Below, one piece after another: positions 11,399 through 18,957 of a stretch of 64,000 nt of DNA. The notes under the pieces were generated by a model. That model saw nothing but the letters and a program-made list of their open reading frames with translations. It had not been told where the DNA came from and searched no databases. A program made the position numbers and the translations under genes. The stretch comes from a virus, in the IMG/VR virus record IMGVR_UViG_3300032326_002451, positions 46,316 through 110,315 of that record, one strand, 5' to 3'. How positions within the stretch are numbered: position 1 is the stretch's first letter; every line of letters begins with the position of its first letter.

Positions 11399-11421
11399 AC
11401 TTTTCAGAGAAGTTTCATTTC

Positions 11422-11454
11422 AATGCCCATGATTATCATGGGCATTCTTGTTTT
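11422..11454 (+). terminator. Perfect 12-bp inverted repeat AATGCCCATGAT-T-ATCATGGGCATT followed by CTTGTTTT; terminator or operator
   Basis: Directly visible; lies after the dnaJ operon and just upstream of the helicase -10 box. Confidence 0.6.
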
Positions 11455-11455
11455 A

Positions 11456-11470
11456 TGATATAATAAAATT
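11456..11470 (+). promoter_or_regulatory. Extended -10 promoter (TGaTATAAT) 6 nt before ATG; leaderless start of helicase
   Basis: TGATATAAT-aaaatt-ATG, no SD. Confidence 0.65.
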
Positions 11471-13279
11471 ATGTTTATTGTTTATGTTTACAATGATAAA
11501 TCAGTGGTATTCAATGACCAACATCCTCAAGGTAAGCTTGAAAACATGTATCAAGAGGCATTGCGATCTGAACTTGCATATGATGTTCCTGATGCAGAGT
11601 GGAGTGCCAAGTTTAAACAAGGTCAATGGGATGGAAAGATTTCCATATACAATAAGCGTGACCAATCATTTCCTACAGGCTTAACTAATAAGGTTAAAAA
11701 ATTATTTGATCTATTGAACATTGACTATAAATTTGTTGATCAAAGACAAAAACCAGATGAGAATTATCCTGTAGATGTAGATTTTGGTGGCAAAGAGCTT
11801 AGAGATTACCAATTGAGTTCTGGTGTGTTGTCAAAAAAGTTTCAGCGAGGCATGTTAGCTTTATGTACTGGAGCTGGAAAAACTATGACTTCGTGCCAAA
11901 TATTTAAGGATTTGGCTGTATCTCCAGTTGTTTTTATTGTTCCAGCCATTGAATTATTGAAACAAACTCAAAAAGAATTTGAAAAATATCTTAGGCTTAA
12001 TGGAAGTCCTGTCAAGGTTGGAATAGCTGGCGGTGGGCTATGCAACATAAATATGCAAGGTATTAATGTTATTACATACCAAACTGCCTTGAATTCTCAT
12101 AACAAAAAATATGTTGAACGTGGCAATAAAATTATAGAAGATGAAAGTGGCGATGGTCAATCTAAATCTACAGCCCAGTTGCAAGCTGAATACGATCTTG
12201 CTGAAAAAAACTGGAAGAATAAACATGAACAAGCTAAAAAACAATTAGCAAAAGATTTAGTTGTTATTAAAAATCTCAAGATTGATTTGGAAAATGAATC
12301 AGATTTACGAAAGAAAAAATCACTTTCTGTATGCTTAACAAATTTAGAGAAAGTATATGAAAAGCAACTTAACACAATAACAAAAGTTGAACTTACTGCA
12401 TACAAAAAAGCTCAAGTTGCTTGGGACAAAAGACAAGATACATTATTTCAAAAATCTCTTGTAAGAGAAGTTATATCCAATTGTCAAGCTTTTATTGTAG
12501 ACGAAGCTCATGTTGCATCTGTTGTTATAGAAGAATTAGGTAGATATGCTAAAAATGCTTTCTATAAACTTGGACTTTCAGGCACTCCATGGAGAACAGA
12601 TAATCAGGAAATAAGAATTGAAGGCGCTTTAGGTAGAAAAATAATTCAAGTTTCTGCAAGTGATCTTATAGAAAGAGGTTTTCTTGTTCCTCCAAAGATA
12701 TTTATATGCAAGATAAACGAACAGCATCATGCAAATACTTATCCTGAAATATATACTTCTAATATAGTAAACAATTGGGAAAGAAATTTCAGAATTAAAC
12801 AATTTTCTGAGCAATTCAAATTAAAAGGAAGGCCGACATTAATTCTTGTTGAAAGAAGAGAGCATGGAGCCATTCTTGAAAGCATGATAGAAGATGCAGT
12901 TTTCGTGCCTGGAGGAGATAAAGGTGAAGAAGACCCAACAGACGAGGAAAAGAATTACAGAAGACGGATGCTTAATGCTGTGGAAAACAATGAGATTATC
13001 CTCATTGCTACTCAATGGGCTAATGTAGGTGTCGATGCTCCAAGGATCAGTTGCTTAGTTTTGGCTGGCTCTAATCAATCTTCTGTCACAACATATCAGC
13101 AAGTGGGAAGAGTTCTAAGATGTGTTGGTAAAGATATTGAAGAGTCTATTAAAAACGGAAAGCCTGATGCAATCATTTTAGATTTTTCATCAGACCAGAA
13201 GAATTTGAAAACTCATATTAACATGAGAAAAAAAGTATATAGAAATGAAAGAGCTTGGACTTTGACAGAGCTGAAATAA
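11471..13279 (+). CDS. Superfamily 2 DEAH helicase (UvsW/ResIII-like) with ~130-aa coiled-coil insertion
   Basis: LRDYQ (Q motif), CTGAGKT, DEAH, LSGTPWR, GVDAP, QQVGRVLR. Confidence 0.88.
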   Translation: MFIVYVYNDKSVVFNDQHPQGKLENMYQEALRSELAYDVPDAEWSAKFKQGQWDGKISIYNKRDQSFPTGLTNKVKKLFDLLNIDYKFVDQRQKPDENYPVDVDFGGKELRDYQLSSGVLSKKFQRGMLALCTGAGKTMTSCQIFKDLAVSPVVFIVPAIELLKQTQKEFEKYLRLNGSPVKVGIAGGGLCNINMQGINVITYQTALNSHNKKYVERGNKIIEDESGDGQSKSTAQLQAEYDLAEKNWKNKHEQAKKQLAKDLVVIKNLKIDLENESDLRKKKSLSVCLTNLEKVYEKQLNTITKVELTAYKKAQVAWDKRQDTLFQKSLVREVISNCQAFIVDEAHVASVVIEELGRYAKNAFYKLGLSGTPWRTDNQEIRIEGALGRKIIQVSASDLIERGFLVPPKIFICKINEQHHANTYPEIYTSNIVNNWERNFRIKQFSEQFKLKGRPTLILVERREHGAILESMIEDAVFVPGGDKGEEDPTDEEKNYRRRMLNAVENNEIILIATQWANVGVDAPRISCLVLAGSNQSSVTTYQQVGRVLRCVGKDIEESIKNGKPDAIILDFSSDQKNLKTHINMRKKVYRNERAWTLTELK

Positions 13280-13299
13280 ACTGCTCCATTGCAGTTTAT
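13276..13299. terminator. Hairpin ATAAACTGC-tccatt-GCAGTTTAT between convergent helicase and small peptide ORF
   Basis: 9-bp inverted repeat overlapping the helicase stop codon. Confidence 0.45.
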
Positions 13300-13304
13300 A
13301 AAGA

Positions 13305-13376
13305 TTAGAATTCAGCTTTGAATAATGTTACAAAAATAGTGTCGAACAACTTTTCAATATCTTTCAGAATATTCAT
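13305..13376 (-). CDS. Unannotated 23-aa amphipathic peptide MNILKDIEKLFDTIFVTLFKAEF
   Basis: Read by hand; perfect SD AAGGAGGT 5 nt before ATG; below the ORF-track length cut-off. Confidence 0.6.
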   Translation of the reverse strand: MNILKDIEKLFDTIFVTLFKAEF

Positions 13377-13392
13377 AGATTACCTCCTTGAC

Positions 13393-13431
13393 AAAATAAA
13401 AAACCGCTGACTTAGTTACCATCAGCGGTTT
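13393..13431 (-). terminator. Intrinsic terminator-like hairpin AAACCGCTGA-N11-TCAGCGGTTT + TTTATTTT immediately upstream of the peptide SD
   Basis: 10-bp GC-containing stem followed by U-tract on the minus strand. Confidence 0.65.
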
Positions 13432-13537
13432 CAATTATATTTTACCACTTTTCTCATAAATTTCCCTTTTATAGAATGATTTATGTATATTTTGTCGAAT
13501 AATATATTACAGCACTATAAAGCTGCGGAGGTGAGTT

Positions 13538-13897
13538 ATGTTCCACCAAACTATCGTTGGCAAGCCAAAACATTGTTTGAATAGAAATTGTAAAACTCCT
13601 TTCTTTAAGGAATCTCATTTAGGATGGTTGCCAAAGTCAGAAGTAGAAGTTTATGCAATCATGAGATGCCCAAAATGCAAAGATACATTTGCAGTTGTTC
13701 AATTGATATCTATGGCGCATGATTACAAAACTGCTCTACCAAAAGACCCAAGTCAAGTTTCTCCTTCTGGACCTATAACAAAAAAAGAACTCACGAATTT
13801 CAAAAAGAAACTTGATAACAAAGATTCATTAAAAAGTTTATTAGAAGGATACAAACCTGGAGGGTCTGTTATTTCTGAAGACGACACTGACATCTAA
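13538..13897 (+). CDS. Zn-ribbon-like hypothetical protein
   Basis: CLNRNC and RCPKC pairs; GGAGGTG SD. Confidence 0.65.
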   Translation: MFHQTIVGKPKHCLNRNCKTPFFKESHLGWLPKSEVEVYAIMRCPKCKDTFAVVQLISMAHDYKTALPKDPSQVSPSGPITKKELTNFKKKLDNKDSLKSLLEGYKPGGSVISEDDTDI

Positions 13898-13914
13898 TCC
13901 TGTACAATACTTTT

Positions 13915-15627
13915 ATGAGTATTGCAGTAGGAATAGATTTAGGTAGTACATTTAGCGTAGTTTCTTATGTAAAAGCAGATGGAAGTATTGAGGTAATTCC
14001 TAATTCAGAAGGAAACCGCATTACACCATCTGTTTTTGCAATTGATGACCAGTCGCAAATTATGATTGGCGATTTGGCTTCAGAATACGAATTAGTTTAT
14101 CCGGAAAGAGTTGTTAGATTAGTCAAGAGAAACATGTCTGATGGCATGAATAAAATTTATAATTTTGACAATTTTGTTAATTCAATAAAATTATCTCCTT
14201 GCGAAATATCTTCTGAAATATTAAAGAAACTTAAAAAAGATACAGAAGATTATTTAGGAGAAGAAATTAAAGAAGCTGTGATTACAGTGCCAGCTTATTT
14301 TAATAACAGTGAAAGAGAAGCAACAAAAGCCGCTGGAGAATTGGCAGGGCTGAAAGTTCTAAGAATTATCAATGAGCCTACTGCAGCATCTTTAGCTTAT
14401 GGTCTTGATAAGAACAATGATTCGACAATCTTGGTATACGACCTTGGCGGGGGTACTTTTGATGTTACTGTACTTAAGCTATCTGATGGTTGTGATTTTC
14501 ATGTCCTATCAACTTCAGGAGACACAAAACTTGGAGGAGCAGATTTCGATTCTGCTTTAGGAATTATTATTCAAAATAAATTTGGCTTTCATATTGAATC
14601 TTCCGAATTGAGATCTTTAGCTGAAAAAACCAAAAAAATGCTATCACAATTACAAATAGCAAATGTTCGATACGCAGGACAGCAAGTTTCAATAAATAGA
14701 GAAGAATTTGAACAATCAATTGATAGTTTGATTATGGAAACTAAACATTGTATAGATCAAGCCTTGTCTGATGCAAATTTGAGCATAAATGATATAGATG
14801 AGGTGGTTTTTGTAGGTGGATCAACAAGAATCCCATACGTTGCTCAAAAAGTGCAAGAATGGCTAAATAAAAGGCCAAATAAGTCAATCAATCCAGATGA
14901 AGCTGTTTCCGTGGGTGCAGCAATTCAAGCTTCTGTTCTTTCGGGTAATTCAAAAAAAGAAGTTTATTTGTTAGATGTCACTCCATTATCATTAGGAATT
15001 GAAACTCAAGGTGGTTTCATGACAACTATGATCAAGAGAAACACACAAGTGCCTACAGAATTTAAAGAGACTTTTACTACAGCTACTGATAACCAAACAG
15101 AAGTAGATGTCAAGGTCTTTCAGGGCGAAAGACCAAGAGTAATTAATAATCATTTTTTGGGAGAGTTTAATTTAGAAAATATTAATGCAGCACCTCGTGG
15201 AATTCCAAAGATTGATGTTGTTTTTGAGGTTGATGCTAACGGTATTGTGTTTGTCAAAGCAATTGATGAAAACACAAAAGAAGAAAAATCTATGGTTTTG
15301 TCTGGAGCAAGTAGTCTATCAAGCTTAGATGTTAATAAAATGCTTCAAGATGCAGAAGATAATAAAGCCAAGGATGAAAGAGACAGAACCATAAAGAAGT
15401 TGACAGATTATCTCATAGATTGTAAAATTCAAATAACTCATCTTCTGAAGTCTGATATTTTGAATAAATCAGAAATCAATGAACTGATTGACTTAAAAAA
15501 ATCTATTGACAATGATATAAATTCTGAAAATGTAGAATTTTTATCTTCTTTGTCAGAGTCAGCTAAAGATTTGTTAGAAGTTTTATCTGATAAAGTTCAT
15601 GAAGAAGCAAGTAAATTATTATTATGA
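13915..15627 (+). CDS. dnaK: Hsp70/DnaK-family chaperone (divergent)
   Basis: GIDLGST, EGNRITPS, VITVPAYF, NEPTAA, DLGGGTFD, VGGSTRIP, linker YLLDVTPLSLG, QGER, APRGIPKI. Confidence 0.95.
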   Translation: MSIAVGIDLGSTFSVVSYVKADGSIEVIPNSEGNRITPSVFAIDDQSQIMIGDLASEYELVYPERVVRLVKRNMSDGMNKIYNFDNFVNSIKLSPCEISSEILKKLKKDTEDYLGEEIKEAVITVPAYFNNSEREATKAAGELAGLKVLRIINEPTAASLAYGLDKNNDSTILVYDLGGGTFDVTVLKLSDGCDFHVLSTSGDTKLGGADFDSALGIIIQNKFGFHIESSELRSLAEKTKKMLSQLQIANVRYAGQQVSINREEFEQSIDSLIMETKHCIDQALSDANLSINDIDEVVFVGGSTRIPYVAQKVQEWLNKRPNKSINPDEAVSVGAAIQASVLSGNSKKEVYLLDVTPLSLGIETQGGFMTTMIKRNTQVPTEFKETFTTATDNQTEVDVKVFQGERPRVINNHFLGEFNLENINAAPRGIPKIDVVFEVDANGIVFVKAIDENTKEEKSMVLSGASSLSSLDVNKMLQDAEDNKAKDERDRTIKKLTDYLIDCKIQITHLLKSDILNKSEINELIDLKKSIDNDINSENVEFLSSLSESAKDLLEVLSDKVHEEASKLLL

Positions 15628-16025
15628 ATAAACTTGATAGATTAGGATATATAGCTTCAATTATTTGTGCATTACATTGTACAGTGATGCCTTTTGTATT
15701 GGTTGTTTTTCCTATTTTGAGTTTGTCTTTGTTTGTTTCTGAAACTTTTGAGTGGTTTTTTCTTTCAGCCTCTTTACTGCTTGGTTTGACAAGTTTATGT
15801 TTTGGTTACAAAAAACATAAATCTTTGAGAGCATTTCCTTTACTTGCTTCTGGTCTTGCCTTGATTGTAGTAGGTAGAATTATGCACCAACACACAATAC
15901 ATCAAAAAGAAATGCATATTGATTTATATAATGTAATTCTTTTTTGTGGTGGAATGTTAGTGGCGTTATCTCATAAAATAAATAGTTTACTTTGTAATAC
16001 TTGCTCGAAATGTAACTTAAAATGA
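15624..16025 (+). CDS. merC: MerC-family membrane protein
   Basis: LDRLG..ASIICALHC motif, four hydrophobic helices, GYKKH loop, C-terminal H..N and Cys; family-level call only. Confidence 0.75.
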   Translation: MNKLDRLGYIASIICALHCTVMPFVLVVFPILSLSLFVSETFEWFFLSASLLLGLTSLCFGYKKHKSLRAFPLLASGLALIVVGRIMHQHTIHQKEMHIDLYNVILFCGGMLVALSHKINSLLCNTCSKCNLK

Positions 16026-16534
16026 AAGAAAAAAATTTAGACCTATCCAATGTTGATAACTCTCTTGATCTTGAGCTTCTTCCAGTAGAAATAGATCATA
16101 TAGTGGTTAATCCTGATAAAAGAGTATATGTTGTTTTAGCAAATGAAGACAGACAAAATGGAGTTGAATTAAATCCATTTGAAGCAAGTCATTTATCTTT
16201 TGTCCATAAAGGTTTACACAAAAATTCTCATATCCAAACAATGCATCAGCTATATATTAAAACCTTAGACATTATAAAATCTAAAGTTGAAGATGTTGTG
16301 ATTGAATCTAAAGTTGGCGATGTAATTTATTGTTCTGTTAAAATTGTAGATAATAACCATAATCGTTATTTCACAATTGTTTCATTAGCTGATGGACTAA
16401 TATTGTCTAAAATTACAGATAGTCCCATCCATGTGATATCCAATGTTTGGTCTGAAATGGATCCTATCGATGAATGGGACTATGAAGATTATATATTAGA
16501 TTTTGAAGATGATGAAGATGACGACGATCAATAA
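16022..16534 (+). CDS. Bifunctional nuclease (BFN/DUF151)-like protein with acidic C-tail
   Basis: VVL....PFEA, TMHQL (cf. THDL), VEDVVI, SLADGLIL (cf. RPSDAIAL), PIHV; tail DFEDDEDDDDQ. Confidence 0.65.
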   Translation: MKEKNLDLSNVDNSLDLELLPVEIDHIVVNPDKRVYVVLANEDRQNGVELNPFEASHLSFVHKGLHKNSHIQTMHQLYIKTLDIIKSKVEDVVIESKVGDVIYCSVKIVDNNHNRYFTIVSLADGLILSKITDSPIHVISNVWSEMDPIDEWDYEDYILDFEDDEDDDDQ

Positions 16535-16535
16535 A

Positions 16536-17630
16536 TTACTTGATCCAAGTAATGAAGTTAAAGTCTACAGTCATCAAACCAGGACTCAAAGAAAAGTTCG
16601 AAGTATGAACTATTGCTCTTGTTGTGTCAATATCTGAAGAAAGTAATGATGTCCAACCAAATCCAGAAGATGGAGTCAAACCACCAGAAATTTGAGCAGC
16701 ATGCCAAAGTGGGTCATATATTTCCACCCTGAAGTCAGCATTCTCGTATCTTACAACACCAGGATCTTGCAATGTCATATCTGTAGTTCCTGATTGCAAA
16801 GATAAGTTTATGGCTTCATTTGCATCTAAAAATGTACTTGATCCTGTTCCGCCACTGTCAGTAAGGTTTTCAAGAAGTACAGCAGCTTTGCCACTTCCAG
16901 AAACTTTCAAGCCAGAAATACCAATAAATGGAAATTGTGTTCCTGGTTGAAAAGTGATTCCTGAGCCAGATCTTGGAGATCCATCAGCATTTGTGATTGT
17001 TAAGTTTGTACTACCTACACCAGTTGCAACATCGTAACCAGTAGCTCCTCCAAGAGTTCCCCAACCTCTGTAGTCATTCCAATCTCCTGGGATAAAGAAG
17101 TATTTCTTATCAGTACTTGCAGCAACATTGATATTTGCTGACATGACAAAATATTTTCTTGATCCAATTTGCACTCTAATATCATAGAATTTTGCTAATC
17201 TTGTGGGAGTACCTAAAGGGTTCAAAGCTTCAATCGAGCTGCTACTAATTTCGAATGCTGAAGTATTATTTGGATCACCATCAGATTCTAAAGTCAGGCT
17301 TACACTTGAAGCATCTTGTCCAATAGAAAAATTAGCTCCAGTAAGAATTGGAAGTACAGCAGTTTGAGGATTGAGAATTTCTCTTATTTTTTGGTTTGCT
17401 ATGTTTCTTCCATCCACAGTGGAACCAGCACCAACAAAAATAGGAGCTTCTATTGAAATTGTCTCATCAACAGTGCCAATATCCATAACTCTGGCTTTGG
17501 GTGTACCTTGAACATAATTGATGGAGCTTGCTTGCATATTCCTATTTCTGGAAAAGCTTGATGCAACAACTTCTTTGCCACCTAATTTTACTGACTTATA
17601 TACACCAAAAAGGTTATTGTTTATAGGCAT
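16536..17630 (-). CDS. Putative virion structural protein (tail-tube-like), paralogous to the adjacent gene
   Basis: Beta-rich G/S/T composition; N-terminus aligns with 17699..18655 (KSVKLGG..NYVQG..ISIEAPIFV vs RSIKING..NFIQG..GSISCPIRV). Confidence 0.45.
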   Translation of the reverse strand: MPINNNLFGVYKSVKLGGKEVVASSFSRNRNMQASSINYVQGTPKARVMDIGTVDETISIEAPIFVGAGSTVDGRNIANQKIREILNPQTAVLPILTGANFSIGQDASSVSLTLESDGDPNNTSAFEISSSSIEALNPLGTPTRLAKFYDIRVQIGSRKYFVMSANINVAASTDKKYFFIPGDWNDYRGWGTLGGATGYDVATGVGSTNLTITNADGSPRSGSGITFQPGTQFPFIGISGLKVSGSGKAAVLLENLTDSGGTGSSTFLDANEAINLSLQSGTTDMTLQDPGVVRYENADFRVEIYDPLWHAAQISGGLTPSSGFGWTSLLSSDIDTTRAIVHTSNFSLSPGLMTVDFNFITWIK

Positions 17631-17662
17631 TCAATTTTCCTCAAACTTAATTTAATCTTAGT

Positions 17663-17696
17663 TATATATTTTTTGAAACCTACAGCTTAATCCTTT
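17663..17696 (-). promoter_or_regulatory. Candidate phage late promoter AAAGGA-N19-AAATATATA
   Basis: Recurring fixed-spacing motif (see findings). Confidence 0.55.
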
Positions 17697-17698
17697 TT

Positions 17699-18655
17699 TT
17701 AAGCTATTGTAAAAACTCCATTTCCATAGGATGGTCTGTTGGGGCTCATAAGAGTTGACCATTCTGTAGTCCTTGTCAAAACGCTTGGTGTGAGAGGAAG
17801 TTGAGATATTTTAAATAAAGGTGTTATGTATCTTGCGGTTATAGGTCCAATTTTGAAAGTTAGATTTTCACCTTGCATCCAACCACCGTGAATAAATGTG
17901 TTAAGCTCCACGCCACTTCTTAGTAACTCAGTGAAAGAACCTGTCCATTTGACACCTGATATTCCCATAAATTGAATTTGGTCATTTCTTGTTGATGCTA
18001 TTCCAGACTCTTCTGTTTGATATGGAATTAAAAATACAGGAGTTTCCACTTGATTTGTTATCGTTAATGAAAATGAAGTTATGGTTCTCATGGATGATTC
18101 TTCTCTTGAAGCATCACAATCTCCCCAAGTCAAGGCTCGCCCAAGAACATCAAAACTGCCTGGAACTGCAAATTCTGAATTTGTTTCAGAATCAATCATG
18201 CCTTCAAAATTAATTTGTAAACTTACAGCTTCATTTTGCGAACAATTTAATGTAAGGGAATTTACAACCATAGAATTTATTTTTAGCAGTTGATTGTCAT
18301 CAGTTCCGCCATTTTCAGCTGTTATGTTATTATAAACAAGCAAATGATTAGTGTCCATAGATAATGCAGAAATTGGATTTTGTGCATGATTTAAAATTGC
18401 AGTTATTGCTGGTTCTAAAATAAATTCATCATTGACTCTGATAGGACAAGAGATACTTCCTGATATTTTTTTAAATTGAATATTCGATATTGAAGAACCA
18501 GGACCACCTTGGATGAAATTATTTACAGTGTCTATCTCTTGAGTCTGATTTATGTTACATGAGTCAACAAGCAAATAATGTCCATTGATCTTTATACTTC
18601 TTGTAATAAGACCAGTTGCAAATTCAGCTCTTGTAAGAATTCCAGGATAAGCCAT
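17699..18655 (-). CDS. Putative virion structural protein (tail-tube-like)
   Basis: Paralogy with downstream gene; in structural operon, TAATG-coupled. Confidence 0.45.
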   Translation of the reverse strand: MAYPGILTRAEFATGLITRSIKINGHYLLVDSCNINQTQEIDTVNNFIQGGPGSSISNIQFKKISGSISCPIRVNDEFILEPAITAILNHAQNPISALSMDTNHLLVYNNITAENGGTDDNQLLKINSMVVNSLTLNCSQNEAVSLQINFEGMIDSETNSEFAVPGSFDVLGRALTWGDCDASREESSMRTITSFSLTITNQVETPVFLIPYQTEESGIASTRNDQIQFMGISGVKWTGSFTELLRSGVELNTFIHGGWMQGENLTFKIGPITARYITPLFKISQLPLTPSVLTRTTEWSTLMSPNRPSYGNGVFTIA

Positions 18656-18957
18656 TAGACATACCTTGCATCTTCAACTTGAAAAAAACTTTTCCATGAA
18701 GATGTTACATTTCCATAAGTAAACCATGAATATTTCCACTTACCAATAACATCTATATCAAGGTCAATATAATAAATACCAGTACTTTCATTTACAATAG
18801 CTGGAGTACTTGCAGTTGTATATGTTGTATAGTTTGTTTCACCAGGTTTCTCAAGCTCAAATTGAATTGATTGAGGATTTGTCAAAATGCCATCAATATC
18901 TCTGATTCTTGCTTTAATTCTAATAGTTTGATTTGTTAAAATAACATCTGACTTCAT
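18655..18957 (-). CDS. Small Ig-like/beta virion protein
   Basis: 'ESTGIYYIDLD...GKWKYSW' pattern typical of small phage beta-sandwich proteins; TAATG-coupled. Confidence 0.5.
   Translation of the reverse strand: MKSDVILTNQTIRIKARIRDIDGILTNPQSIQFELEKPGETNYTTYTTASTPAIVNESTGIYYIDLDIDVIGKWKYSWFTYGNVTSSWKSFFQVEDARYV

Noticed and set aside
11422-11446. Palindrome as a CIRCE/HrcA heat-shock operator
   Set aside because: Does not match TTAGCACTC-N9-GAGTGCTAA; better explained as a terminator.
13388-13418. Perfect TTGACA on the plus strand as a promoter for an antisense RNA to the 23-aa peptide
   Set aside because: No acceptable -10 at 16-18 bp, and it would transcribe away from the peptide ORF.
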